A stretch of DNA of 64,000 nt from Acidimicrobiia bacterium (GCA_035461175.1 DATHVR010000030.1:9392-73391); one strand, 5' to 3'; counted from the stretch's first letter, positions 8,144 through 18,344 are shown. The notes: a model not told the origin generated them from the letters alone. A program made the numbers and translations.

Positions 8144-10902
8144 CAGGTCTTCCCCTTCTTTCTCGAGATTGCCTTGCGTGCCTCGTCGATCAGGGGAAGC
8201 AGGGGGATGCCCATAAGGAGCCACAGCCACCCGACGGGCGGGAAGGGGGCCGTACCGATCACGGCCTGCAGCGGCGGGAGATACACGATCAGCAAGATAA
8301 CGACTATCTCCGAAGCTACACCCCACCACAGGAGACGATTGCCCCCCAGACCCGTAGTCCGCAACGAGAGGCTACGGGAGCGCTGGGCGAAGAGGTTGCC
8401 AATCTGGGTGGCGACCACCATCGCCAGGGCCATGGCAGTCGCCGAGCTATACACAGCGCCGTCGGAAGGTAGATCGAGCCATCCCGAGTAGCCGGCAAGT
8501 CGGTAAGCCCCGAAGAAGGCGAGCATCACGGCCGCCGCCTGGGCCGGTCCCAGCCACAAGTAGGCGCGGCCGAGGAGCCGACGGTCAATCAGGTGTTCGG
8601 ATCGGCGACGTGGCGGCTGCTCCATGACCCCGGCTTCGGCGGGCTCCGCACCCAAAGCGAGGGCTGGGGCCAGGTCCGTGCCGAGATCGATGGCAAGGAT
8701 GTGCATCACGTCGAGCGCCAGCGGGATCCTGCCCCCAGAGAAGGCGAAGAGGATGAAGGGAACCGCCTCGGGGGTGTTGGAGGTGAGGATGTAGGTGGTG
8801 AACTTGCGGATGTTGGCGTACACCGCCCGCCCCTCCTCGACGGCGGCCACGATGGAGGCGAAGTTGTCGTCGAGAAGGATCACATCGGCCGCCTCCTTTG
8901 CCACATCGGTTCCTGTGACTCCCATCGCCACCCCGATGTCGGCTCGTTTGAGTGCGGGGGCGTCGTTGACGCCGTCGCCGGTCACGGCAACGACGTGGCC
9001 CTTTTGCTGTAGGGCGGCCACCACTCGCAGCTTCTGGTCGGGCGTGGCTCGCGCGAACAGAACTTCGCCTTCCAGTGCGTTTGCCAACTGTGCGTCATCG
9101 AGGATTTCGAGGTCGGGTCCGTTGATGATCTCGACCTCACCTTGAACCAGTCCGATCCGACGACCGACGGTCTCCGCCGTCAGTCCGTAGTCACCGGTGA
9201 TCATCACCGTGCGGATGCCCCCTCGGTGGCATTGCTCTACTGCGTCCGCCACCTCGGGGCGAGGTGGATCTTCCATCGCAACCAGGCCGAGGAATTCCAG
9301 ACTCCGCTCCAGGAGATCCGGATCGGGTTCGGTCGTCTGCCCCTCCGACCACACGTTCGATAGATCGCGGCGTGCAACTCCGAGGACGCGGAGTCCCTGC
9401 CGTGCATAGTGTTCCATTCTGGCCTCGAGGCCGGCGCGGAGCTCAAGATCCGTGCCCTGTCCCCGAACGGACTCGGCTCGTTCTAGCAGTTCGGCGGGCG
9501 CACCCTTGACCATGAGAGTGGGGATCCCGCCGACTGGGTGGATGCTGCTCATGCGTTTACGCAGCGAGTCGAATGGTAACTCGGACAGGCGCGGCGACTC
9601 GACCTCGAGCCGATCGAGATCGATGCCGGCCTTGCGTGCAGCTACCAGGAGGGCGCCCTCGGTGGGATCCCCGACGATCGACCATCGCTGGTGGTCCTCG
9701 TCGGGCTCCCGCAGCCGGGCATTGCTGGCAAGCGAAGCAGTCACCAGCAACTCGTGCAGCTGATAGTCGGGCGGCGGCGCAATGGCACCACTCGGGCCGT
9801 ATCCCACCCCCTCCACCTCGTACTCTCGGTCGGCGACGGCGATCCAGCGAACGGTCATCTCGTTCTGCGTGAGGGTGCCGGTTTTGTCCGTGCAGATGAC
9901 GGTGGTCGACCCGAGTGTCTCAACCGCCGATAGCCGCTTGACCAGGGCCTGTCTGTGGACCATGCGCTGGGTTCCCATCGCCAGGGCGAGTGTCACCGTG
10001 GGCAGGAGGCCCTCCGGCACGAAGGCAACGATCATCCCGAGGGCGAAGACGAAGCCGCGCTCGAACGACAGGCCGCCGAGCGACAGGGCGAGGATAAAGA
10101 AGAGGATTCCGATGCCGACGGCTATGGCACTCACGGTGTAGCTGACCCGCTTCAACTCGAGTTGGAGGGGACTGAGAGCTTGCTCGATCTCGCTGGTCAG
10201 AGCCGCCACCCGGCCGAACTCCGTGTCGGCCCCCGTGGCGGTGACCACCGCTTTTCCCCGGCCGGCGGCGACGCTGGTGCCGGCGAAGACCCGGTTGGGG
10301 AGCTCGGTGCGGGCTCGTCCATCGGTATCGCATGCCTCGGCCGCTTTCCGCACCGGGCGTGATTCGCCGGTCAGGGTGGACTGGTCGACTCGTAGCGACA
10401 GATGCTCCACGAGGCGGGCATCAGCGGATATCCGGTCGCCTTCCTCGAGCAGCACTACGTCTCCCGGGACCAGGGTTTCGGCCGGCACACGAGTAGCCAG
10501 TCCGTCCCGGAGCACGGTTGCGGACTGGGGGAGCAATTTGCGGAGAGCCTCTGTCGCCTGGTCGGCCCGGTATTCCTGCCACGAACTGAAGACGCCATTG
10601 ATTAGGTTGACGACCCAGATGGCCACCCCCAGTTGCGGGAGTCCGGCAACAAAGGCGATGACACCGCCAATCCAGAGCAACAGCGCCATCATGTGGACGA
10701 AGTTGGCCCCGTACCGCAGCAGAGCGGACTCGCGAGGGGGTTCGGGAATGGAGTTCGGTCCCTCTCGTTCGAAGCGCCGGGTCGCCTCGGCCGAGGCCAG
10801 ACCCCCCGGTCCGGTATCCAAACGACCGTAGACCTCTTCCGGTGGGAGGCTGGAGAGTTCCCCACCGGGAGTTATGTCGCTCGTGAGGGGTGGGATCGTC
10901 AC
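8143..10902 (-). CDS. Cation-transporting P-type ATPase (P2-type, CtpF/CtpE-like)
   Basis: 919 aa with DKTGTLT phosphorylation motif, TGES, GDGVNDAPAL and about 10 TM helices. GTG start. Confidence 0.9.
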   Translation of the reverse strand: MTIPPLTSDITPGGELSSLPPEEVYGRLDTGPGGLASAEATRRFEREGPNSIPEPPRESALLRYGANFVHMMALLLWIGGVIAFVAGLPQLGVAIWVVNLINGVFSSWQEYRADQATEALRKLLPQSATVLRDGLATRVPAETLVPGDVVLLEEGDRISADARLVEHLSLRVDQSTLTGESRPVRKAAEACDTDGRARTELPNRVFAGTSVAAGRGKAVVTATGADTEFGRVAALTSEIEQALSPLQLELKRVSYTVSAIAVGIGILFFILALSLGGLSFERGFVFALGMIVAFVPEGLLPTVTLALAMGTQRMVHRQALVKRLSAVETLGSTTVICTDKTGTLTQNEMTVRWIAVADREYEVEGVGYGPSGAIAPPPDYQLHELLVTASLASNARLREPDEDHQRWSIVGDPTEGALLVAARKAGIDLDRLEVESPRLSELPFDSLRKRMSSIHPVGGIPTLMVKGAPAELLERAESVRGQGTDLELRAGLEARMEHYARQGLRVLGVARRDLSNVWSEGQTTEPDPDLLERSLEFLGLVAMEDPPRPEVADAVEQCHRGGIRTVMITGDYGLTAETVGRRIGLVQGEVEIINGPDLEILDDAQLANALEGEVLFARATPDQKLRVVAALQQKGHVVAVTGDGVNDAPALKRADIGVAMGVTGTDVAKEAADVILLDDNFASIVAAVEEGRAVYANIRKFTTYILTSNTPEAVPFILFAFSGGRIPLALDVMHILAIDLGTDLAPALALGAEPAEAGVMEQPPRRRSEHLIDRRLLGRAYLWLGPAQAAAVMLAFFGAYRLAGYSGWLDLPSDGAVYSSATAMALAMVVATQIGNLFAQRSRSLSLRTTGLGGNRLLWWGVASEIVVILLIVYLPPLQAVIGTAPFPPVGWLWLLMGIPLLPLIDEARKAISRKKGKT

Positions 10903-11238
10903 AGGCAGCCGGGCGGAGAGGACACCGTCCGAACTGTAGGACTCGACGAGCCCGCGCAGCCTTCGCCGGCCATCCCGGCTTTAAGCCTTTGCGCCACCGC
11001 CGTCGAGAAGCGTCCCGAAAATCTGATCTGAGTCGCCAGCGGCACGATGTGGGCCTGGTGGCGCATGTCGACGGATGGCATGCCATTTCCCCGGATCGCC
11101 CGGCCGGCTCGCGTCAGAGGTGAGGGCTTTGCCACTGGTGTGAAGAGATGGGAGGGAATCCAGCCGGAGTCGAGATGAGTGTCGGCATGGGCCCGCACGA
11201 CCTCGACTGGTTCCTCCACGAGGTTGCGGATCGCCATC
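10899..11238 (-). CDS. Small hypothetical ORF translationally coupled to the P-type ATPase (possible decayed regulator)
   Basis: Its reading frame ends in TGA overlapping the ATPase GTG (GTGA). Upstream in the same frame is an AraC-HTH2-like stretch FNPARHFGRRFQRELK with no start codon. Speculative. Confidence 0.2.
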
Positions 11239-11314
11239 TCGGGATGGGCTCTTTTCAGTTCACGTTGGAAGCGCCGGCCGAAATGGCGGGCGGGATTGAA
11301 CCGGGCGTGAGCGC

Positions 11315-11962
11315 CTACTGGCTGTTGCCCGCGGCCGGAATGCCACCCCCTTGCTTGAGGATCGTCGCCATGTGCATCAGGTTCCAGCTCATGGTCTCCA
11401 GAGTCTGGTTGGTGAACTCGTTCTCGCGGCCGCCCGAGTCGGGATCCAGATAAGACGGACCCGGTCCCGCCTCGCCCACCCAGCCGGTGTCGGCCTGGGG
11501 AGGGATGGTGAAGCCGATGTGCTGGAGCGAGTAGAGCAGGTTCATCCCGCAGTGCTTGAGGCCGTCTTCGTTCCCCGACACCAGACACCCGCCAACCCGG
11601 CCGTAATAGATGTACTGGCCACGGTCGTTGGTCATACCGGAGCTGCTGTAGAGACGCTCCACGACGCGTGTGCAGACCGAGGATTTGTCGCCTAACCAGA
11701 TCGGTGTTCCGAGCACGAGGATGTCCGCCGCCAACACCCTCTCGAAGATTTCCGGCCAGGCGTCGTCCTCCCACCCTTCCTCCCGCATGTCGGGCGACAT
11801 CCCCGGCGCGATCGGATTGTCGACGGCTCGGATCACCTCCGTGGACACCCCCTGGGCCTGCATGATCCCGATCGAGCGGTCGATCAAGCCCTGGGTATGG
11901 GATGTCAGGGGGCTGGGCTTGAGGGTGCAGTTGATGAAGAGGGCACTGAGGTCGGTGGGCAT
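11315..11962 (-). CDS. Flavodoxin-like fold NAD(P)H-dependent FMN reductase family protein
   Basis: LVLGTPIWLG… is typical of the NADPH-dependent FMN reductase / flavodoxin_2 fold. Confidence 0.6.
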   Translation of the reverse strand: MPTDLSALFINCTLKPSPLTSHTQGLIDRSIGIMQAQGVSTEVIRAVDNPIAPGMSPDMREEGWEDDAWPEIFERVLAADILVLGTPIWLGDKSSVCTRVVERLYSSSGMTNDRGQYIYYGRVGGCLVSGNEDGLKHCGMNLLYSLQHIGFTIPPQADTGWVGEAGPGPSYLDPDSGGRENEFTNQTLETMSWNLMHMATILKQGGGIPAAGNSQ

Positions 11963-12172
11963 GGCGCTCCAGTCCGGCTACCAGCCGATTATGCGTGAGA
12001 CGGGGGCGCTGTGGAGATCTAGGTCCGCACGACCGGAACCGGGCCGGTTTTTCCGTGCAAACTGTTCCGGCTGAGGCAGGTGGCGAGTCGGGAACGGCGC
12101 CGGCAGGGTGAAAGCCCCCCGGAGCGGACAGAGGCGGCTGCTCCGGGAGGCTGCGGTCATCGCCCGCTGGGT

Positions 12173-12820
12173 CTACTCCGCCAGGGCGTCGAGCCACTCA
12201 CCCCAGTAGTAACGCCACCGTTCGACGTCCTCGGGGTCGGCAAGGCGCTCGTGGCTCACGGTGAGCCTGACTCGGCCCTCGCCAGCCGGATCGATCGAGA
12301 ACAGGGCACTGCCCCCACCGAGGGCTATACGCGGGTTGCGTGATCTCGGCCTGGAGCGGATCTCGGTGTCGAGTCCGGGGAACAGGTCGGCGTGGGCGTC
12401 CTCGTCGAGGAGCAGCGCCTTCAGTTCCTCCGGGTCGAGATCGAGGGTCTTCGACTTGCTGAGGGTGAAGGTTCCGTCGGGCCGCTGATGCGGCAGCCGC
12501 CTCCCCGTGATCCTCTCGAAACCGAGAGTGACGGTCTGAGCCCACCATCCGTCGACTCCCACCTCGTCGGCCAGATACGAGGCGATGGCACCGTGGTCGG
12601 CACCGGCCACCGGCGACGCCTCGAGCAGGTCACACCATTCGTTCCAGGTACGACCGGTCTCCTCGCGGACGGTGTCGTCGGCGACCTCGGGCGCGGACAC
12701 CCACTCGCGGTGTCGGCCTTCGCCTGCCGAGATCAGATGCCGGCGGGCGGCGCTGTAGCGCTCACCGGTCTTTTCCATACGCGCCCGGATCCGGTGCTTG
12801 AAGGATTCCTGTCGGGTCAT
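12173..12820 (-). CDS. Conserved hypothetical protein (DUF4287-like N-terminal region)
   Basis: ORF trimmed to MTRQESFKHR… The GRTWNEWCDLLE…GWWAQTVTLGFE pattern resembles DUF4287. Confidence 0.45.
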   Translation of the reverse strand: MTRQESFKHRIRARMEKTGERYSAARRHLISAGEGRHREWVSAPEVADDTVREETGRTWNEWCDLLEASPVAGADHGAIASYLADEVGVDGWWAQTVTLGFERITGRRLPHQRPDGTFTLSKSKTLDLDPEELKALLLDEDAHADLFPGLDTEIRSRPRSRNPRIALGGGSALFSIDPAGEGRVRLTVSHERLADPEDVERWRYYWGEWLDALAE

Positions 12821-13017
12821 TTCAACTGTCCTTCCACGACCACGGCGCACCTCCCACCCGCGCTGGCTGTCCGCGTGGCCGGGTTCAGTCGTCCGACCCT
12901 TGCCGAGCACTCGTGGTCCCCTTTGCCTTCCGGGTCGACGGCGCGGGCGTCGATGCGAAGGTTGGGCGTGGCAAGCCGCCTCCGGTCATCCTATCGGAAG
13001 TCGTCCCGTCGGGCGGC

Positions 13018-13629
13018 TCAGGCCGGACCTTCCGAGAACTCGCCCGCGTCTTCGAAGCTCTCCCGGGCCTCGCGCAGGGCTATGACCGCGATTAGCAGTC
13101 CGGCCAGGGGATCCGCCCACCACCAGTCCCAGACTGCGTTCAGGAGCAGGCCTGCCAGCGTGGCCGTCGACAGCCACCCGTCGAGAAACGTCATCTCCGC
13201 CTCGGCCGCGAACGGCTCGTCACCCAGATCCACCGCCACCCGGCGCTTGGCGATCGCCAGCGCGAACATCACTACGGCAGTGATGGCGAGATAGACGATC
13301 CCTGGCCATGATTCCGACGCTTCTCTCCCCGTCCACAGGTCGCGTACGGCCGCAACTCCGAGGGCAACCGCCAGCAGCACGAACGCCACACCCACCAGTC
13401 GCAAGGCCCTGCGGGTGCGGTGAGGGTGTTCCTCGCCGCGGAGATGCCACACCACGACCACGCTGGCGAAGATCTCGATCACCGAGTCCGTTCCGAATCC
13501 GACCAGCGCCAGCGAGCCGGCGGCGACGCCCAGCGCAATGGTGAGGACGGCCTCGCCGGCGTTCCAGGCGATGGTGGCGTACTGGAGCCGAAGAGCACTT
13601 CGACGCAGACGGGGGGATCGAACGGTCAC
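13018..13629 (-). CDS. Cation diffusion facilitator-like transporter (short, TM domain only)
   Basis: 203 aa with 5-6 TM helices and the TDSVIE…HLRGEEH pattern of CDF TM regions. Confidence 0.5.
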   Translation of the reverse strand: MTVRSPRLRRSALRLQYATIAWNAGEAVLTIALGVAAGSLALVGFGTDSVIEIFASVVVVWHLRGEEHPHRTRRALRLVGVAFVLLAVALGVAAVRDLWTGREASESWPGIVYLAITAVVMFALAIAKRRVAVDLGDEPFAAEAEMTFLDGWLSTATLAGLLLNAVWDWWWADPLAGLLIAVIALREARESFEDAGEFSEGPA

Positions 13630-13665
13630 GAGGGAAGTATTCCCGTCAGCCGGAGGTGTGAGTAA

Positions 13666-14358
13666 TCATCCGACCGATCGGCGTGAGTACAACATCGAGT
13701 TGCCCGACTTGCCCACTATCTCGATGGCCCCGACATGGCGCAGGCAGTAAGTCATCTGCTGGGCCAGTCGCCGCCCGCATCCGAGATCCGAGGCCAGGTC
13801 GGCGGTCGTGAACTCGGTCGGGAGCCCGACGGGAAGCAGGGCGGCCAGGGTTGCCGGCGATTCGAGGACGACCCGGTCGACCACCTCGACCAGGCGCCGC
13901 TCCTCGACCACCCATCCCCGCCGGCGCCAGGCCTTGGTGCCATCGAAGCGGCGTACCTCCTCCTCCCGGGTCAGCAGCACCTCGATGGTCAGCCCGGGAT
14001 GTGAGATCAGAGTGGGAAAGCTGACCAGTTCCCCGAAGATGTCCACCACCGTGCCTCGCTTGGGCGAGAGGCGGCGGGAGACGATGGCACCACCGTCGTC
14101 GATCTTCAGGATCCGCTTTTCGACGGGGATGGGGTGGACGATGCGGAGCTGGTGGTAGTCGAGCAGCCGGTCGAGCTTGCGCTTCATGGAGGCGAAGCCC
14201 TGGGTCTGGATCTCGATCAGGGTTTCGCCGCGGACGATGTCGACCACGAAGCCTTCGACCGGTTCTTCGATCCGGTCTCCCTCCTCGGCGTACCAGCGCT
14301 TGAGGGCCGCATGCAGGGGTTTTTCCCGCAGGGTTCCCACATGCGGTCGAGATGACAT
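13666..14358 (-). CDS. Conserved hypothetical protein, possible PD-(D/E)XK-fold nuclease-like
   Basis: LHAALKRWY…GFVVDIVRGETLIEIQTQ gives a D…E-x-Q/K arrangement. Family not identified. Confidence 0.45.
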   Translation of the reverse strand: MSSRPHVGTLREKPLHAALKRWYAEEGDRIEEPVEGFVVDIVRGETLIEIQTQGFASMKRKLDRLLDYHQLRIVHPIPVEKRILKIDDGGAIVSRRLSPKRGTVVDIFGELVSFPTLISHPGLTIEVLLTREEEVRRFDGTKAWRRRGWVVEERRLVEVVDRVVLESPATLAALLPVGLPTEFTTADLASDLGCGRRLAQQMTYCLRHVGAIEIVGKSGNSMLYSRRSVG

Positions 14359-14415
14359 CGAGTCCGATGTTATGGCGCTCGGAGCAGGCCCCGGCGCAAC
14401 TACCTCGCTGACCGC

Positions 14416-14937
14416 TCAGCCGAATCGGTGGCGGGTGTGACTGAAAGAGCCCTTGCCGAAGGCCAGAACCTTGGAGGGCCGCACCCGGTAGACATGGGCA
14501 GGCCCCCCGACATCGTTGAAGAAACCCTCTTGGGCCGGTTCGAAGCGCCAGCGGCCATCCCACTTGGTCGACCAAAGGTCGGCGGCCCGCTGGAGCTCGG
14601 CAGGGTTGGTGACCCTTTCGGCTCGACCCTCGATCATCACGTCCAAGCCTTCTTCCCACCCACCGTCGCCGGTGGTGAGGACGACGTTGGGATTGGTGGC
14701 CAGGTTGACGGTCTTCTGCTCCTCGGGACCCGTGCAGAAGTAGGCGGCGCCGTCCATCCACACCGACACCAGCGGTGTCACGTGCGGCCGGCCGTCGGCG
14801 CGGACCGTGGATAACCAGGACAGCTGGGCATCCTCGATCATCCGACGGGTCGTCGCCCAATCGGTGGCGGTGGCCTCGGGATCGCTGAAGCGGGGGTCGA
14901 GTGAGGTAGTGGGTTCGGGGGGAGTGGCGTTGGTCAT
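14416..14937 (-). CDS. Pyridoxamine 5'-phosphate oxidase family protein (PPOX class F420-dependent)
   Basis: Trimmed to MTNATPPEP. The PHVTPLVSVWMDGAAYF split-barrel pattern is present. Confidence 0.7.
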   Translation of the reverse strand: MTNATPPEPTTSLDPRFSDPEATATDWATTRRMIEDAQLSWLSTVRADGRPHVTPLVSVWMDGAAYFCTGPEEQKTVNLATNPNVVLTTGDGGWEEGLDVMIEGRAERVTNPAELQRAADLWSTKWDGRWRFEPAQEGFFNDVGGPAHVYRVRPSKVLAFGKGSFSHTRHRFG

Positions 14938-14950
14938 GACCTCTAGACGT

Positions 14951-15316
14951 TCAGGGCCGGAGGAACTCATCGGGCTCGAGGCCCAGCTCGATCAGCCGGG
15001 CCTCGAGCAGGCGGACGAGAAGTTCCCTCGGCAGGCAGCGGTCGGCGGGGAACTTGAGCGCTCCCTTCGACCATTCGTAGCCGTCGAGTTCACCCGCCAT
15101 CTCGGTGAGGACCGATCCCGAGTGCGGCAGGTAGCTGCAGTGATTCTTGGCGTAGGTGTACCCGGCCACGGCCTTCTCTCCGATCTTCAGCGCGGGCGCG
15201 GTGTACGAAATCCCCTCCTCGGCCTCGGGAAGCAGTCCGGTGAGCAGGGAGCGGAGCTCGGTCAGGGTGCTCCGCTGTGGTTCGGGTGCTCCGGCCAGGA
15301 ACTCGTCTACGGTCAT
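14951..15316 (-). CDS. DUF1801 (YdhG-like) domain protein
   Basis: TVDEFLAGAPEPQRSTLTELR…ISYTAPALKIGEKAVAGY is a typical DUF1801 sequence. Confidence 0.65.
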   Translation of the reverse strand: MTVDEFLAGAPEPQRSTLTELRSLLTGLLPEAEEGISYTAPALKIGEKAVAGYTYAKNHCSYLPHSGSVLTEMAGELDGYEWSKGALKFPADRCLPRELLVRLLEARLIELGLEPDEFLRP

Positions 15317-15490
15317 TGCGTCCTCTCAATCGGTCGAATGGACGCTACCGGGCGGGATCTGTCCACCACCGGTCTCCGCCAGGGCGATTCCCGCCTTCCG
15401 GCCGGGGGCGCGGCCCCCGTGGGGTGGGGTCACGTTCTCCAGCGGGACGCCGGAACGGGAAAGCAACCACGCCACCACCGAGTTCGAATT

Positions 15491-15933
15491 TCACATTTCG
15501 CCGGACCCCGCCTCATCCCGGCCCCAGATCCTCGGCGGCACCCGCTCGACGAGTTCGAGGAGGAGGTCGGCCCGGGCGGGATCGGTGCTGACGGTACGGG
15601 CCCTCCCACGGCGTGGGAGAGGTCGGCGATGACGCCGTCGCGCCAGCGGCGCACCTCGTAGCGGAATGGTCGAAACCGGGCGAGCCGGCGATCGAACACG
15701 GGTCCCTCCAGCACGACGCCCCGGGTGGCGATGTCGGTGTCCGGGCTCGGCCAGGCGTTCTCGATGATGAACGAGCCTTCGGCGGTGCCGACTTCGAGTG
15801 CCGTGTGGTAGAGATCGAGTGGGGGGCGTTTCTCGCTGCAAGCCACCAGGGCCTCGTATATGCGGCCGTTGAAGCGGATTTAGCCGACGCCACCCGCTCC
15901 GAGCGGTATCCAATACAGGTCGATGCGAGATCA
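15491..15933 (-). pseudogene. Disrupted gene of unknown family (in-frame TAA at 15880..15882 plus probable frameshift)
   Basis: The minus-strand reading is …IDLYWIPLGAGGVG * IRFNGRIYEALVACSEKRPPLDLYHTALEVGTAEGSFIIENAWPSPD… The C-terminus drifts into low-complexity sequence. Confidence 0.3.
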
Positions 15934-16035
15934 GGGACCACTCATGACCCCAAGATATCGGCCCGGCCTGGGCAGAGGTCGCCACCCGTAAGATCCGCCG
16001 GTGCGCGTCTACCCACTCCCTGACGACGGTGGCCG

Positions 16036-17247
16036 GTGGCGGTGAACCTACCGGGCGACTTCCGGGTCCGGTCCCTGACCGGGGCGGTCTACGTCCCCTC
16101 GCTGCTCTTCGCCATCGGCCAAGGCGCCGCCATTCCGATGCTGCCGCTGCTCGCCCTCGATCTGGGGCTGTCGGTGCCGTTGGCCGGGGTGATTGTGGCT
16201 GCCCGAGCTTTCGGCACTCTGCTCTTCGATGTGCCCGCCGGCGTCCTGGTCGCCCGCCTGGGCGAGAAACCGACCATGCTGATCGGGACCGGGCTCCTGG
16301 TCGGGGCCGCCATTGGGGTGGGGGCAGGCCCTTCGCCTTGGATGCTGGCGGTGCTGGTCGTGGTGATGGGGGCGGCCTCTTCGATCTGGCACCTCGCCCG
16401 GCTCACGTATGCCGCCGAGGTCACCCCACCCGCCCACCGGGGACGGGTGATGTCGATGCTGGGTGGGTTGGGACGGATCGGGTCGGTGCTCGGGCCTCTC
16501 GCCGGCGGCGCCGCCGTCGAGTTCCTCGGTCTGGCGGCCGCCTTCTACCTCCAGGCCGCCTTCGCCGTGGTCGCCTTCCTGACTCTGGCCGTCCGCACCG
16601 AGGCGCTGGATCACGCCGTCGCAGTGCCGCCGCGACTGACCCGGCACCTGTTGCGCCACGTCGCAGGCGAGAAGCGTCTGATGTCGACCGTGGCCGTGGT
16701 GTCGGTGGTGATCCAGGTTTTGCGCTCCGCCCGGGAGGCGTATATCCCCCTGTGGGGAGATGCCATCGCGCTGTCGGCGGGCCAGATCGCCCTCGTCTTC
16801 GCAGTGATGTCGGCGGCGGAAGTCGCCACCTTCTACCCGGCCGGGGTCCTCAGTGACCGCCTGGGCAGGAAGTGGTCGGCGATCCCCTGCATGGCCCTGC
16901 TCTCGGTGGGCATCGCCCTGGTGCCGCTCACACAGTCCCTGGTCCCGCTGGTCGGAGCCGCCATCGTCATCGGGATCGGCAATGGCCTGGGAGCTGGAAT
17001 CCAGATGACGCTGGGGTCGGACCTCGCCCCGGCCGACGCCCGGGCTCCGTTCCTCGGCATGTGGCGGCTCGGCGCCGATGCCGGGGGAGTGGCCGGCCCT
17101 TCGATCATCGCCGGGGCGGCGTCGGCGGTTGGTCTCGCCTTCGCCGCCTTTCTCCTGACGGGGGTGGGAGCAGCCGGCATCGTCGTGATGGCCGCTTTCG
17201 TGCCCGAGACCCTCCAACAGAGGGCCCGGGGCGACCAGCCAGGCTAG
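16036..17247 (+). CDS. MFS transporter
   Basis: 403 aa with 12 TM helices and the MFS signature GEKPTMLIGTGL / DRLGRK. Confidence 0.85.
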   Translation: MAVNLPGDFRVRSLTGAVYVPSLLFAIGQGAAIPMLPLLALDLGLSVPLAGVIVAARAFGTLLFDVPAGVLVARLGEKPTMLIGTGLLVGAAIGVGAGPSPWMLAVLVVVMGAASSIWHLARLTYAAEVTPPAHRGRVMSMLGGLGRIGSVLGPLAGGAAVEFLGLAAAFYLQAAFAVVAFLTLAVRTEALDHAVAVPPRLTRHLLRHVAGEKRLMSTVAVVSVVIQVLRSAREAYIPLWGDAIALSAGQIALVFAVMSAAEVATFYPAGVLSDRLGRKWSAIPCMALLSVGIALVPLTQSLVPLVGAAIVIGIGNGLGAGIQMTLGSDLAPADARAPFLGMWRLGADAGGVAGPSIIAGAASAVGLAFAAFLLTGVGAAGIVVMAAFVPETLQQRARGDQPG

Positions 17248-17778
17248 GCGCGGTTGGCGTCGCGGATCCGGGACCTCTCGCCGGCGTCGATCCCGGCGGC
17301 CGCCAGTATCTCGGCCAGTACATCGGACTTGGCCTCGACGTATTCGCCGATGTCGGAAGTCCCGTTCCGCCAGGCCGAGTTTCAGTCGGCCATAACGGTC
17401 CCGCAGGTCGGGTCGGGAACGGAGCACCGCCCGCCCGAGATGATTGCGAAGGGCCAGGCTGTCGGCCACCGTGACGTAGACGTTGCGGCGCACCCCGTCG
17501 TCGGGCGGAGTCATTGCCTGTCTGTCCTCGATCCCCAGGTCTCCCAGGTGGCGGTAGCCCACCGCCTCCAGCGCCCGTATCGCCTCGGGCACCCGCTCGG
17601 CGGCGACGACGACATCGACGTCGATCACCGGTTTGGCGGCCAGCCCGGGGACCGAGGTGCTGCCGACGTGCTGGATCGCCAGGACCACGACGCCGTTCAG
17701 GGCGTCGCCGAGCTGAGCCCGCATCGCTTCGAACCGTTCTGCCCAGCCCGGGTCATTGGGAACCACCTCGATGCGCAT
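17244..17778 (-). pseudogene. GrpB family protein (UPF0157) with apparent 1-nt frameshift near 17355
   Basis: The N-terminal region (HVGSTSVPGLAAKPVIDV) lies in the frame of ORF 16048..17850. The canonical C-terminus (TSDIGEYVEAKSDVLAEILAAAG…RA*) lies in the +1 frame. The stop CTA at 17244-17246 overlaps the MFS stop TAG at 17245-17247. Confidence 0.55.
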
Positions 17779-17982
17779 CGGACGAGTCTGCCCGCTCTCC
17801 CGCCGTCCGACCAAAGCGTTTTGTGGGCCGGATATGGCATTTGGAGGCACAGTTCCGACCCATAGAACGGTCGCTGGTGAGAAAAATCTGGTGGAGGTGT
17901 CGATTTCGGCGACGTCCGTTCGTCTAGAAGGTGAGCGAGCACCCCGGTACCGTGCCGGGGGCTGACCAGAGAGGAGACGCTC

Positions 17983-18336
17983 ATGAGCCAGTACCTACTG
18001 TCGGTATGGGGTGACCCGGCCGAGCTGGAGCAGGTTCCGCCCGAAATGATGGAACAGGCATACGCCGACGTCGACAAGTTCAACACCAAGTTGCAGGACC
18101 AGGGGGCGTGGGTCTTCGCCGGTGGCCTCCACACCCCCGACACCGCCACGGTGGTCCGTAAGGGTGAGGACGGGGAGGTGCTGGTCACCGACGGCCCCTT
18201 CGCCGAGGCGAAAGAACAGATCGGCGGCTTCTGGATCATCGAGGCCGAAGACCTGGACGCCGCCCTGGCGTGGGCTCGCGAGGCGACCGTGGCCTGCCAG
18301 GCCCCGGTGGAGGTGCGCCCGTTCCAGGAAGAGTGA
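17983..18336 (+). CDS. YciI-like (DGPF domain) protein
   Basis: MSQYLLSVWGDP…GGFWIIEAEDLDAALAWA is the classic YCII-related domain sequence. Confidence 0.8.
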   Translation: MSQYLLSVWGDPAELEQVPPEMMEQAYADVDKFNTKLQDQGAWVFAGGLHTPDTATVVRKGEDGEVLVTDGPFAEAKEQIGGFWIIEAEDLDAALAWAREATVACQAPVEVRPFQEE

Positions 18337-18344
18337 ACTGAGGT

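Noticed and set aside
10899-12197. 432-aa minus ORF as a whole
   Set aside because: It overlaps the flavodoxin-like gene in another frame. Only its last roughly 110 codons are considered, as a low-confidence coupled ORF.
16048-17243. Remainder of the 600-aa minus ORF beyond grpB
   Set aside because: Only the 17244-17778 part has GrpB homology. The rest is antisense to the MFS transporter.
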